This document shows, piece after piece, positions 38,874 to 52,534 of a stretch of DNA of 64,000 bases. The position numbers were made by a program, and so were the translations under genes. Under the pieces are notes generated by a model. It was not told where the DNA came from. It ran no database searches and saw only the letters and a program-made list of their open reading frames with translations. Origin of the DNA: Octopus bimaculoides (taxonomy: Eukaryota); NCBI RefSeq assembly GCF_001194135.2, contig NC_069005.1, positions 15,421,051 to 15,485,050 on the forward strand. Reading direction: 5' to 3'. Each line of letters opens with the position of its first letter. Position 1 is the stretch's first letter.

Positions 38874-40885
38874 TGATCTTCTGATCAAACCAAAGAAGCT
38901 ATGTTTGCATTGTTTCTTTTTTTTTTATAGTTGATACAATGCATCAATCATAACATCTGAAAGAAGAGTCAACTTTTAACTGAGAAATCTTATAAATATC
39001 TCAATATTCACAAGTGTGTCTGGCAGTGAGGGAGCAGAATCATTAGAATGCCTGGCAAAATGCTAAACAACATTTCATCCATCTTTATGTTCAAGTTCAA
39101 ATTCCGCTGAGGTCAATTTTGCCTTTCATCCTTCTGGGGTCAATAAAATAAGTACCAGTAGTGGACTGAAGTTGATGTAATTAGTCAATCTCCCTCTCCC
39201 CAAATTTCATGCTCTGTGCCTATAGTAGAAAGGATTATTATAATTATTATTGTTATTATTATTATTATTAAAGAGGTGAGCTAGTGGAATCATTAGCACA
39301 CACTGGGGGAAATAGTGAGCAACACCTCATCCATCTTTATGTTCTGAATTCAAATTCCGTTGAGATCAACTTTGTTATTCATCCTTTCAGGGGTTGATAA
39401 AATAAGTACCAGTTGAGCACTGGGGTTAATATCAACTTACCCACTCTCCTGAAATTGCTGGCCTTGTATGAAAATTTGAAATGAATATTCACAAGCATAG
39501 AAAAGGCACCTGATAAGGTCCCAAATACTCTTCTTATAGTCTGAGGAACAATAATGGGCACAAGAAAGGCTGCGCAATTAAGAAGTTAACTTCTAAATCA
39601 CGTAATTTCAGGTTCCATCTCACAGTGCAGCACCTTGGACAAATGTCTTCTACTATAACAAGACCTTGTGTGTAGAATTATGCATAAGGAAACTATGTGG
39701 AAGCCTGTCAAAAGGACTGTTTGTGTTTTTGGGTATTAGGCTTAATCCATTAATGAGTTTAACACCATCATATGGTCGGTCCTTGATGTCTACAATGGAG
39801 TGCATGCATTTGCAAGCCTTTGGGCCAGGTTATTGGTGTAAAAATATCTTCCTCCATCTCTCCAATTATCCCCACAGGCCCTAAAAAAATGTCACACTAA
39901 CTTCTCTTACTCCTCTGACCAAGCCATTAAAAAAGTGAGCCAAGTATAGCTGAATGATCTAAGGTTGAAGTAGAGTTTAGAATTAGTGGAAGCAATCATA
40001 ATCAGCAGAATATATGAGAATCTGTCTAGTGTTGAAACCTCACTAAATGTACACTCAATATGCTCTAAAAAGCAGTTGGTGTTAGGAAGGGCATTCAGCC
40101 ATAGAAACCAAGCCAAAATTGGTATGTGTGAACTAGATGTGATTCTCTGACCTTTCGAGGAGGGTAGCAGCTCTAAATAAGGACTTGGACTTGGGAACCC
40201 ATCTAACTCAAGCCAGTATGAGAAATGAACATAGAAACAAGGATGATGATAAAAACAATTTCAAAGTTTGGCATCAGATTGGCCATGGGAAATTTAGCAG
40301 ACAAGTGATGTCAACCAAGGGCCTGTCCTATTCTGTGTCTTCTTTTTTCCAAGTTCTTATGGTCAACAGATAGGAGTTAGTTCAAGACTGGGTGTTGACC
40401 TGTGTTTTATGATAATTTGCAGGAAAAAGTAAAACAATGATTATATCTATGTGTGTGTGTGTGTGTGTGTGTGCGTGTTTATACTGACTATTAAAATCTC
40501 GTCTTTTAGCAATTATTCATAACTAAAAATGGGATTAAATAGACTGGAAAACTGATATTAACAATGATTCATTGCCTCAGTTATTGAGATGTTTAAGGAA
40601 AAATAAAGTTTGCAGCTAAATAGTTGAGACGCCTGACAATAAACATAGACCAAGTTTAAAGTGGCATTTAGTGATGGGGGGAGGGTAATACAATCTACCA
40701 GCTTGAGAGAGAGAAGGAGAGAGAAACAATGTGTGTGCGTGTGTGCATGTACATATTGCTAAAGATGTTATACAATAAGTGCAGGAACTAAAGTTAATTC
40801 CATGACAACAGATGATAGAGTGAGGATAAAAAAGACAAAATGCAAAATAATCTAGACGGATTAGTTAGTAACTGGAACTAGAGGA

Positions 40886-40918
<33 letters not shown>

Positions 40919-41354
40919 TGTGTGTGTGTGTAGTGGTGATGGTGTAGTGGCAGTGAGATGGTGGGGGGTGTGGACAGACATTGCTGGTAGCCCTCACTTA
41001 TGTTTTTGGAACAGTGAATCTTGAAGGAGATAAAGCTATAAATAATAGCATGTAAATATTGAGTAAAAAAACCCTTTTATAACACAATATTTACATACTA
41101 TTATTTATAGATTTATCTGATTCAAGATTCACTGTTCCAAAGAAGAATTATTTCATGTTCTCAAAGTTTCTAAATTTCTAAAACATCAACAATATACACA
41201 CACCTAATTGTGTGGTAAGAAACCTACTTCTCAACCACATAGTTCAGGGTTCAGTCCCACTGTGTGTCACATAGGTGAAATGTCTTCTATTATAGCCTCA
41301 GGCTGACCAAAGCCTTCTGAGCAGAGTTGGTAGATGGAAACTGAAAGAAGCCTG

Positions 41355-41400
<46 letters not shown>

Positions 41401-41976
41401 TGCTTAACATCCACTTTTACATGCTTGCATGAGTTGAATGGAATTTATTGAGATAGAATTTCTACAGCCTGAAGCCCTTCCTGTTGCCAACACCCTCACT
41501 TGTTTCCAAGCAAATTTATATTCCCCATGACCAGACAGGTTTTCACAGACGATTGGAAGTGAAAGAGACCATCTCCATGGTGATAGCACTCATTTACAGC
41601 TATCACATGAAGTCAAGGCAAGAAGACAGTAATACAAGCTCACACGATTGGAGGCACATGGTCTTAGTGCTCCAGGGGTTTGGATATTGAATGCAAGGTC
41701 GAAGTTTAGATTTGCAGACCAGTTGGCACAAAATGATTCAAGTGTTTGGATGTGTGTGTCCTTGTGTTTAATTTAATCCTCTGTCCTATGACAGGTTTCT
41801 TTCAGTTTCTGTGCACCAAATTCACTCACAAGACTTTAGTTGGCTCAGGACCACAGTAGAAGACTTGCTCAAGGTGCCACAATGGGACAGAACCATGCAA
41901 TTGGGAAGCAAATTTCTTAACACATAGATACATCTGCACTTGCATGCTAAATGATATATCATTATTATTTATGACT

Positions 41977-42202
41977 TTAATCCTTTAGCATTTAAACCAG
42001 CCATATCTGGCAAAAACATTCTACTTGTTTTATGTTTAAACTGGCCAGATTTAGCCTTTTGCACCTATCCTACAATGTCATTCTAAAAATATAGTCACAT
42101 CATCAAAATCTCAAAGTCACAAGATAATACATGATTAATTCAAAACAATGTGAATAAATAAGCATTACATTTGTCAGAGTAATCTGAGTACTGAAGGGTT
42201 AA
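41977..42202 (-). mobile_element. piggyBac-like MITE (TTAA-flanked, ccctttagcatt termini)
   Basis: ttaa-tcctttagcatt...gtactgaagggt-taa; same family at 10000-10448, 44712-44987 (35-bp internal duplication), 54900-55130 and partial 36525-36570. Confidence 0.8.
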
Positions 42203-42319
42203 GCTTTCCAAGCACACACGGGTTGGATGGTTTGACAATGCTCTTTTGGTGTAGTTTCTATAGCTCCATGCCTTCCTAACACCAACGACTTCATGAGTGT
42301 ACCAGATTTTATTTCAGGA

Positions 42320-42600
42320 CACCAGAACTTACTGAAGTTACCAAGTAACCTACAAAACCAAAGTACTCTACACTGCAGTTCCTGCCCTTCCATGGTCAAT
42401 CAGGTCTTTGCGCCCAAAATGTAAAGGTTTTTTTAGAACTTGAGTGTACTGGGTGCTTCCATTTTTTTCAAAGCACCAAAACTTATTAAAGTTACCAAGT
42501 AACTTACTAAACTAAAGTACTCTGCTCACCAGTTCCTGCTCACCAGTTCCTGCTCTCCTCACAGTCGACCAGATCTTTGCACCCAAAATATAAAGGATTT
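42320..42600. repeat. Tandem repeat, ~155-bp unit x2
   Basis: cacca(g/a)aactta...aagttaccaagtaac...aaagtactct...tctttgc.cccaaaat repeated. Confidence 0.85.
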
Positions 42601-42687
42601 AAAAAAAACTTTCTGCATTATAAGAAGCTGTCCTTATTTCTCATTTCAGTCATTTTTCTACTTCTATACTACAATGCTTCAAGTGAA

Positions 42688-42876
42688 CTACAGGAATCCT
42701 TCACCATATTGCAGTTCACCTATTGCGGATTTTTCTGGCTAATATATGTAAATATATATTGCGGCCTCTCAGTATATCCGGGTTTCTGCGGCTGATAGGT
42801 ATATTTTTTTAGATTTTAATTATTTCTGTGGGAGATTTTGGAATGCAACACCTGCAATAATCAAGGATTAGTGTGT
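42688..42876. mobile_element. Possible pogo/Tigger-like MITE
   Basis: TA-bounded, tacaggaatccttcaccatattgc vs gcaataatcaaggattagtgtgta weak TIRs. Confidence 0.35.
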
Positions 42877-43239
42877 AAGAAGTCTTAAAAAAAGTTTCAA
42901 TTATAATATGATGCATTCTTCTTTCAAAATTTGTGTCTCATACCAAAGTTAGATGTAGTCATCCCCATTGCCTTCTTTTTACATCTGCTTTTCATTTTGG
43001 TATGGGTTAGATGAGTTATCAAAGTCCAACTCAGTTTTTTTGGTGGGGTGGGGCTACTGTCCTCCTAGATGAGCCACAAAACCAGGTTTTTCCAGTTTTG
43101 AAATGGTTTCCTTCATTGGATACCCTTACAAGCAACAAAATGTACTCAATTATATTTTTGGTGTGGTGCCATCACTAAAGAGAGTTCATACTTCAACAAT
43201 CCTTGTTTGATTTTGCAGTGTCTCAACTCACTGAAGGTT

Positions 43240-43770
43240 GTGTGAGTATAAAAGAAAGAGAGAGAGAGAGAGAGAGAGAGTGGGGGGAGGAAAAAGAAAG
43301 CTAGAGTAAGTGGGTAGGAGGAGTGAGGATATGATGACAATGGGAGGAGGGAATAGGGTGGTTGGAGTGTGTAGGGAAGGGGTAAGACTAACAACGCTGA
43401 GGGTGAGTAACGAAAGAGAGAGGGTATGGGAGAGAGGAGGGTGAGAGGGGATAGAGAGGAGGAGAGGGAGAGATAGAGAGGAGTATGGGAGGGAGGGGTA
43501 TGGGAGAATGAGAGAAAGAGAAGGAAAGACAAAGAAAGAGTGGAAAGAAAGAGAAAGAGTGGAAGGAGAGAAAGAGAAAACCGAGAAAGAGTGGAAGGAG
43601 AGAGAAAGAGAGAGAGAGAGAAAAATGGGAAGGAGAGAAAGAGGAGAGTGAAAGAAAGAGATATAGATAAAGAGAGAGAGAAAAGAGGAAGGAAAGAAAG
43701 AGAAGATGAGAGAGAAAGAGAGACATAAAGATAGATAGATCAATAGAGAGATAGAGAAGGACAGAGACAG
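43240..43770. repeat. Long homopurine (GA/GGA-rich) low-complexity tract
   Basis: About 500 bp almost free of pyrimidines on the plus strand. Confidence 0.9.
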
Positions 43771-46110
43771 AGCAATGGCTGCTGTTGTTACATCATCATT
43801 ATTTAGTATTCAAGAACGGCAGAACCACTAAACAGAAGCTCCATCTTTGAATGTATAGATTCAAAGATGGAATGATCTTTAACATTTACAGACTGTGACA
43901 CTATGATTATCTTAAACTCTCTTTTATATATCTATATTTTCAACATAAGATGATTGATATGTTAACAATGGCAGTTGTATATCATTTCAGTATTAATAAT
44001 TACCAATACAACGACAAACAAATACCGAAACATGCTACAATGATTTTTAACTCAATTGTGAAATTTCTTAGCTGCTTGTCTTTGCATAGCATTACAGTCA
44101 TTTGATATTACCATTTTGCCCTACCAAATTGGCACTGCTTATATTAGCTATTAAAGTACTATTATCATTCTTATCAAGTAGAAGAATTACATCAATTTCA
44201 TTTGGCATAAGTTGTGTTTTAAAGTTCTTCTAAATGCTGTGATTGATGTTAGAATTATTAATGGCAGTGAACTAGCAGAGTTGTTAGAATACAGGACAAA
44301 ATGTTTTGCCATATTTAGAAGTAGTTCTTTACATTCTGAGTTCAAATACTATCAAAGATCAACTTTACTTCCCATCAGTTTTTTTGGGGTGTTTGTGTGT
44401 GGGGGGGATAGATAAAATACCAGTAGAGTTCTATGGGTGTATATATATGCATGTGTGTGTATCTTTGTATCTACTTTATATCCAATGTTGGAATTTTAAT
44501 GCCCTTGTCACTTAGCAGTTTAGCAAAAGAGACTTAAAATAAGCACTAAAGTTCAATTTGTGCAACTAAACACTTCATGGTGGTGCTCCAGCATGGCCAC
44601 AATCTAATGACTGAAACAAGTATGAAATAAAAGATGCTCTGTAATATTTTCATTAAAAAATTGCACTCTTTTCTCAAACCACTTCAGGGTGAAATTTAAA
44701 GCATCAAGGCATTAACCCATGAGCATTTAAACTGACCATATCCGGCCCAAACCCATGAGCATTTAAACTGACCATATCCGGCCCAAATATTCTACCAGTT
44801 TTACATTCAAAATGGCCATATCTAGCATCTCACACCCATCCAGTACTGACATTCAAAAAAATAAACAGTCACCTCACTGAAACCTCAAAGATATGAGATA
44901 ATGCATAAGTAATACAAAATTATATGAATAAATAAACATAACATTTAACAGAGTAATCTGAATGCCAAATCATCGCTAAAGGGTTAATTCAAAACTTAAC
45001 AGTAAGTATGCCATAGAAATTCTAAATGATGTTCTTTAACAGCAATTCTCTCCTGGAGCTGAATTGTCACAGCGAAAATATAAAAAACCAAATAATAACA
45101 ATGGGGGATATTTCAAGAAGCTAAAGAGAAATATAATATATAATGAAACAACATAATATTATTGCATGTAGAAGAAAAGCCATATGTAACTTATGAGATT
45201 AGTTATTAAATTTCTATTTAAAACATCTTGTTTGCTTCTATTCAATTTTTGTTTTTTATTATAATTATTTTGAGTGAGCAACAGAAGAGAAGCAGGTGTA
45301 TTAAAAATGTTCTGTTTTAATTTGAAATATCGCAATAATGAATTTGCAAAATGTTCTCTTTCCTTCGCTCTCTCTATTTCCCTAAAGAGCTATTAAAATA
45401 AAAGTGGAAGTGGGAAAAGAACTCCCTGCCTCTTCTAACTAACTCTGTATACATCTAAAATATTTACCATGCTGATTTCTTCAGATACCAAATTGATATT
45501 AATTATGAAGACAGGCAACAGTTGAAAACATAAATAAAATAGCATTAAAGAGAACAGAAAAAGGAAGAGTCTTATTTTTTCAATAATTGCTTACTCAACC
45601 GTTCATTGTCTGGGAAACTAAAACTGGGAGAAGTTTAAGGCGCCATAATAGCTGCAGCAGTAGTAGAGAAGATGATTTTGTTTATGAAGTATGAATAAAG
45701 ATGACAATTATAATCTGATTAGAGAAGATAAATTAGTTTACATTCAAAACATAATATGTCTTTTCAGATTTCAGAGGATTCTGTATTAAAAATTCTTTTA
45801 TGTTTTACTTGTTTCAGTCATTAGACTGCGGCCATGCTGGGGCATCGCCTTGAAGAATTTTTAGTTGAATGAATCAAATCCAGAACATTTTTTTTTGAAG
45901 CCTGGTGCTTATTTTATCAGTTTCTTTTGTCAAGCCACTATGTTACAGAATGTAAACACACCAACACAGGTTGTCAAAGGGTGGTGGGGGACAAACACTG
46001 ACACATAGACATATACACAACAGGCAAGTGGCTTCTACAATAGCCCTGGGCTGACCAAAGCCTTGTGAGTGGATTTGGAACTCAGAAACCAAAAGAAGCC
46101 TGTTGTATGC

Positions 46111-46142
<32 letters not shown>

Positions 46143-46192
46143 ATACAACCATGCCAGCAGGGACAGCAGATGTTAAATGATGCTGATGATGA

Positions 46193-46248
<56 letters not shown>

Positions 46249-49200
46249 GTGTGTCTATGCGTGTTTGTGTCTCCTCGTCTTGATGTTGCATGAATGTTGT
46301 AGATGCATGTCACTGTCATACAAGCTGTAACATTAATTTTCAATATTCTGCAAAATCATATCTAGCCATGGGGCTAGTGAGGGTTGGTGACAGGAAGGGT
46401 ATCCAGCCCATAAAATAATCTGCCTCAAATAAATCCCATGAATCCATGCAAACATGGAAACTGGACATTAAATGATATGATGATGAAACATTAAACAAAA
46501 GTGAAATATTGGTCACGAATAGCCATGGGATTACACCTAGAAAATTACCCCCTGAGGCACAAGTCCAGGCAAGGTTGTTTATGGAAGACTAGCAGTCGCT
46601 CATACATACCAGCCACCCCTCTCCATACCACTAATGTTATCCAAGGGAAAGGTAACAGCCAATACAGCTTGGCACCAGAGATGTCGCAACTCATTTCTAC
46701 AGCTGGGTGAGCTGGAGCAATGTGAAATAAAGTACCTTGCTCAAGAAAACAACACAGCCTGGTCTAGGAATTGAACTCACTACCTTATGATTGTGAGCCT
46801 GATGCTCTAACCACTGAGCCATGTGCCTTCATCACATACAGACACAACAATCTTCAAGCAATCTCCATCTACCCAAATTCCTTACAAAGCATTCGTTAGC
46901 CTAGAGGCATAGAAGAGTTATCTAAGCTGCCACAAAGTGGGGCTGTTCCCCAATTTATATGGTTGCAGAGTCAACTCTGACAAACAGCCAAACCAGCACA
47001 CACACACACAAACAAGTGAGCACACATATAAACACATCTATATTCATGCACACACATACACATGTCATTTGGGAGATAGAACAAGAATATTTAAACAAAA
47101 TTACATCAACATGCATCTCCTGCAATATTCTGAATCAATCAATTAATCAATACATCTATTAATCTATCGAGTTAAAATAACCGATTACGTGAGTTCTGAA
47201 AAGCCAAGATTTACTGGCAAACTGCTCTATGCAGTGGTACTCAACTAGAAATTTATGGTAAAATACAAACCAGAGCAACTGCTCTGCTACTGCTGCTACA
47301 ACTGACTTACTTCACAAATTTTGTCAAAGTGTGGAAACGCAAACTTCAGGGTTAGATTTCTGGTAGACATCTGCTTTAAGCACCTCATATAACTCCTTTA
47401 TAACTATTTAATTTTTTGGAATGTTCAAAAATTTTTTGTGAAGTTGTGTTCTATACACAGGAATTCATACAATTATGCAAAATTAAAAAAAAATTCTATG
47501 TGTGATTTAAAGGCAATTTAGCTGTTATTTTCAGCACATCTCATAACCACCTGATACCTTCCTTGTTTCTTTGTCACTCTGACATGTATTGATGTTTTTC
47601 TCTACTTTTCTCTCCCTAAACACATTTAATGAAATGATGATGCATCCAAGGGTGGTCCATTGCTGGGATTTAAACTCTGATTTTAAAAGAAAATTTGAGA
47701 GTGGAACTTTTAGGATTTCTGAGGTGGGGGAGGAGAATCAAAAATATTTTAATTTGTTTCTCATCATTGTATGGATTCCCATGTGTAGAACACAAATCCA
47801 CAAGAATTTTCTGAAAATTCCAGAAAATAAAAAAAAGATACAATGGGTTATATGGGGGGCTTAAACCAGAATTCCACCAGATTTCCTTCAGAAAAATTAA
47901 ACCCCAAAATTAATCACATGACTTCAAAGCATTCACTCCAGCCAGTGTCAGTGACACTCTTAGTCTGTTGATCCATTAGATCCCAGTGATCTGTCATTTC
48001 TCAAACTCTCTTAATCCCTTACTAATCCTCATTATCTCTCATACACTACTATATAGACATTGTAATCCTTCATTGTTATTTAATCTCTCAATCATAAGTT
48101 CCATCTTTGGTTGATAGCAAATGTTGCCACTATACCATTCAGCAATGTAGGAAATTTAGGCCTGGCTGTCTGGTTAAGAGGCTTGTTTTGCAATCACATG
48201 GTTTTGGGTTCTGTCCACTGTGTGGCACCTTAGGCAAACCAATGTTTTGTGAGTGGATTTGATAGATGGAAACTGTGTGGAAGCCTATCATATGTATGTG
48301 TGTGTATATATATACATATATATAATAGTGAGTTTGGAGGGATGTATTATCCAGGCGGACACCATATTAGCTCTCAGTTATGTTCCAGTTAATGGCTAAC
48401 CACAACAATCAGTGACTAAAATTAATTGTTATTCACTCCTTGAATTCTTCTGATGGGTAATTCTGTGTACTCTTTGCAGGACAGTAAAAATTGTCTGGAG
48501 TATATATCTATATAAAAGAGAGAGAGAACGTGTGTGTATGTGTGTGTTCCTTATGCATTTGAAAATTGAGTTGCTGATTTTGACATATGGGGTATCAAAA
48601 GATTCAGTAATCTTTCGGCTACCAAATAAACTTTATTTTCAGTCACATATTTTCTACGTTATCTCAACAACTCATCATCATCATCATTTAACGTCTGTTT
48701 TCCATGCTGGCATGGGTTAGACGGTTTGACTGGGGGCTGGCATGCCAGGAGGGCGCATCAGGCTCCAATCTGATCTGGCAATGTTTCTACAGCTGGATGC
48801 CCTTCGTAACGGCAACCACTCTGAGAGTGTAGTGGGTGCTTTTTACATGCCACCAGCACGGGAGCCAGTCAGGTTCATATATATGACGGGCTTGTTTCAG
48901 CTTCCATCCACCCACAAGGCCACAACGACCAGGTTTCATTAGAAAGTGAAAATAGTTTCACACTTTCAATTTGAAACAAAATTACAAAGAGTTGCATTAT
49001 AAGNNNNNNNNNNNNNNNNNNNNNNNNNNNNNNNNNNNNNNNNNNNNNNNNNNNNNNNNNNNNNNNNNNNNNNNNNNNNNNNNNNNNNNNNNNNNNNNNN
49101 NNNNNNNNNNNNNNNNNNNNNNNNNNNNNNNNNNNNNNNNNNNNNNNNNNNNNNNNNNNNNNNNNNNNNNNNNNNNNNNNNNNNNNNNNNNNNNNNNNNN

Positions 49201-50049
49201 NNNNNNNNNNNNNNNNNNNNNNNNNNNNNNNNNNNNNNNNNNNNNNNNNNNNNNNNNNNNNNNNNNNNNNNNNNNNNNNNNNNNNNNNNNNNNNNNNNNN
49301 NNNNNNNNNNNNNATATATATATATATATATATATAAAGGCTACCAAATAACTATGTTTTTGGTACAACTCTATTTTACTACTAAAATAACCTCGGAAAC
49401 GAGGTCAGGATGCACAATTTTGAGGCCATTTACTGATGTTTCACATTCGTCCGATGCTTCATGGATGCATAGAATTCTATTCAGACAAATATTTATGAAA
49501 ATGTACACATAAATATTATATTAAAATAAGCCACAACCAAAAAAATTTCATTAAAAGACATCCATTTCTCTATATGTTATGAGGAAATGCAGTCACACTC
49601 TGTCTCGCTCTTGCATGTACATGCACACATACATACAAAAGAGATGTATTCATACGTATTTATGTGTGTGTATATGAAAGATAATGTATGTGTGTGAGAG
49701 AGAGAGAAAGAGAGAGAGAGTGAGTGCTACTTACACATACAAGAAAAAATACATACATGACAACACACACCTTCACTCACTTGCCACCCCCCTCTCTCTC
49801 TCTCTCTCTTTCATGCACATGCACACATGTCCATTTCATATACACGTACACACAGCTTTTACTTTCTGCTCTTGCTTCAAAGCAAATGCTGCCTTTTCAC
49901 TTTCAATTTCTGCTTTCTCGAAAAAAATTTATGGAAATTAACAATCAATCATATGATTGATCAAATGATCAAGTTGATAACTTTGCTGCTTCAAATGAAA
50001 GAATGCCATAAAATGACTTCCTTTAGCACACACATGCACACACACTCTA

Positions 50050-51183
50050 GGTAAGAATTATATTATTTCTTGCTGTGTACATGCGCAAAATTTCAGCTCG
50101 AATCCAACTGAAATGATGTTTTTCTATTCTGTAATTTGTGTTTGTGATGAACATATTTAAAAACCTGATCTTCGATATAAACTTAAAAGGAAGTTTTCCC
50201 AGAAATCCTGTCCTTTACTTGTTGTTTCTAGCATGTCCGAGGTGAAATTTGCACCCCGACCTTATTTTTTCCTGCATTTCTTCTGATTCCTGTTTTCAAT
50301 ACAGGAGATTAGGATTTTGTCCAAAAAAACACGTTCTCAATATTTTAATTTTCTCCCTCCCCACCCCAATTTTTCCCTTTTTTACTGTTTTTCCAAGTTT
50401 TTTTCTTGGTAATCCATGGAGAGAAAAAAAAAGAGAGTCCAAATCTTTAAGAATTTCTTTCTTTCTTTTTTTCTTAAAGAAACACTAAAATCTCCTTCCC
50501 AAACACCCACTCATCACCTCACCACTTTCAAAAAGCTACAAACTCAAAATGTTTCACTTTTAGCCTTTTTGAAAGTGGGGAAGTTTCTTCAGAAATAATG
50601 TTGTTTACCTGTTGTTTCTAGCATGTCGGGTCTCCTGGTGGTGATCTGGTATTTCAGTACAATTCTAGACATGCATGAAACATTAAACAAAAGTGAAATA
50701 TTGGGAAGTTTTAGCTTTTTGAAAGTGGGTAGGTGATGGGTAGGCAAGGTGGGGGAAGGGGCATTGAGTGCTTCTTTAAGAAAAATTAAATTTAAACAAA
50801 AAATATTTCCCAGATTTGTAATTTATTTTTCTACATGGATAAAAAGCAATTAACAAAAAAAGTTACAAATTAAAAAATTGCAGTGGGGATGGGGGGAAAT
50901 TAAAATTCTGAAAATGTGATTTCTGGGCAAAATTGTATTAACCCCCTTTTATGCAATGAACCAAACATGGTCTGTGACCTTCTTAAGAATAGAAAGCACT
51001 TTCATGCCAACCCATGCAAATTGTACCCTCCCCTCCTTCACTTTTAAACAAACAAGTTCCATCACACCAGTAATCCAGTTCATTATATATTAGCTGTGCC
51101 ATTTCTGCCAATAAGAAAGGAAGAAATAATATAATGTGGCTGTAGGTCCATAATACTCAGGCAATGCCGGGATGCATTGCTAG
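50050..51183 (+). mobile_element. Non-autonomous Helitron-like element (5' boundary approximate)
   Basis: 3' end ctcaggcaatgccggg-atgcattg-CTAG|T, i.e. a CpG-decayed cccgggcaacgccggg hairpin 8 nt before CTAG and a T target base. Confidence 0.6.
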
Positions 51184-51488
51184 TTAATAATAATAAAGAG
51201 CATACAAACTTGTACATCCACAAAATTTATTTTATAGTTATATACAGCATACTATATATATATATATATATATACTATTGTGTCTAGGGAGAGGCATTCT
51301 CTTTTAGTGCCTTATTAAGGCACTAAAAGAAAATGACTCTCCCCAGACACAATAGAATATGTTCCAACACATGAATTCACATAAAGAATCTTGTAAACCA
51401 AATACAAAAATGAAATATATATGTGTGTGCATACATTTATCAATTTGTGTTGGAAGATTCCTGATGTGAAATTATGTATTGAAACAGA

Positions 51489-52483
51489 TGTTGTATTTCA
51501 GGATGATTGTTTCTTTTCTTTTTTTGCCAAATAAACAGTTTTCCTTTTTGTGTGTGCTCTTGTTTCACTTATTCCATTCTGCACTTCTATGATGTGTATC
51601 CTTATGCGTGCATGCATTTGTGTCCATGTTTGTGTGTGAGCACGCGCATGTGTATGTGTATGTATGCTTGTGAGTGTGCGTGTGTCATTGCTCTTAGCAG
51701 CAGTATGGCCTTCCCCTCAGCCCCATCTTCTCACTCCATTGTGCTGCTGCTGTCCTAGGACCTGATAATATGGTACAGTTCCTGTATCTCTCTGTGTTTG
51801 TGTGTTTTCCCACAGTGTTGCAATCATGGCAGTTGTTGTTGTTATTGCCATGTTTGTCACTGCCGCTGCTGCTGTCGTTATTAGTCATGTTGATATTGTT
51901 GCACCCATCCATGAAGTTATCGTGTATGTATGGATTCACTTCATATGTTGTTTGTATTCATACAAAGTGAACCCCTACACACACTCAATCAAACACACAA
52001 TAACTTCATGGACGGCTGCAACAATATCAACATGACTAACAACGAGAGCAGCAGCAGTGGTGACAATGATAGCAATAACAATAACTACCATGATGGCAAC
52101 ACCATGGACAAACACAGAGAGATACAGGAACTGTACCAAATTATCAGGTCCTAGGACAGCAACAGCACAATGGGGTGAGAGGATGGGGCTGAGGGAAGGC
52201 AATAATGTGGTTAAGAACAATGACACACACACACACACACACACATGGATGTAAACACATGTGCACATAAGGATACACATCATAGAAGAGCAGAATGGAA
52301 TAAGTGGAGCAAGAACACACACAAAAACGAAAATTGTCACCGAAGAGGTCACAGATGTGTGACAAAAGATTTCTGGACAATGAACACGAGTTAAAATTAA
52401 TAAATGAGTGAAGAACAAATATATAGTGCATGTGTTTATTTGGCAGCAAAAAAAAAAAAAAAAAAAAAAGACCATTCCGAAAT

Positions 52484-52489
<6 letters not shown>
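51489..52489. repeat. ~1-kb inverted repeat with 4-nt loop
   Basis: Arms are reverse complements around tttgta-ttca-tacaaa (51951-51966); the ORF track shows mirror peptides on both strands (NFMDGCNNINMTNN, NTERYRNC..LSGPRTA). Confidence 0.95.
52332..52381 (+). ncRNA. Degenerate hammerhead ribozyme motif
   Basis: aattgtca-CCGAAGA-g-GTCAC(agatgt)GTGAC-AAAA-gatttc-tggacaat: perfect 5-bp stem II, stem I with one bulge, two core substitutions (U4>C, G12>A). Confidence 0.5.

Positions 52490-52534
<45 letters not shown>

Noticed and set aside
51694-52254. Mirror-image peptides on both strands as a duplicated gene pair
   Set aside because: They are low-complexity translations of the palindrome arms, with frames broken differently in each arm.
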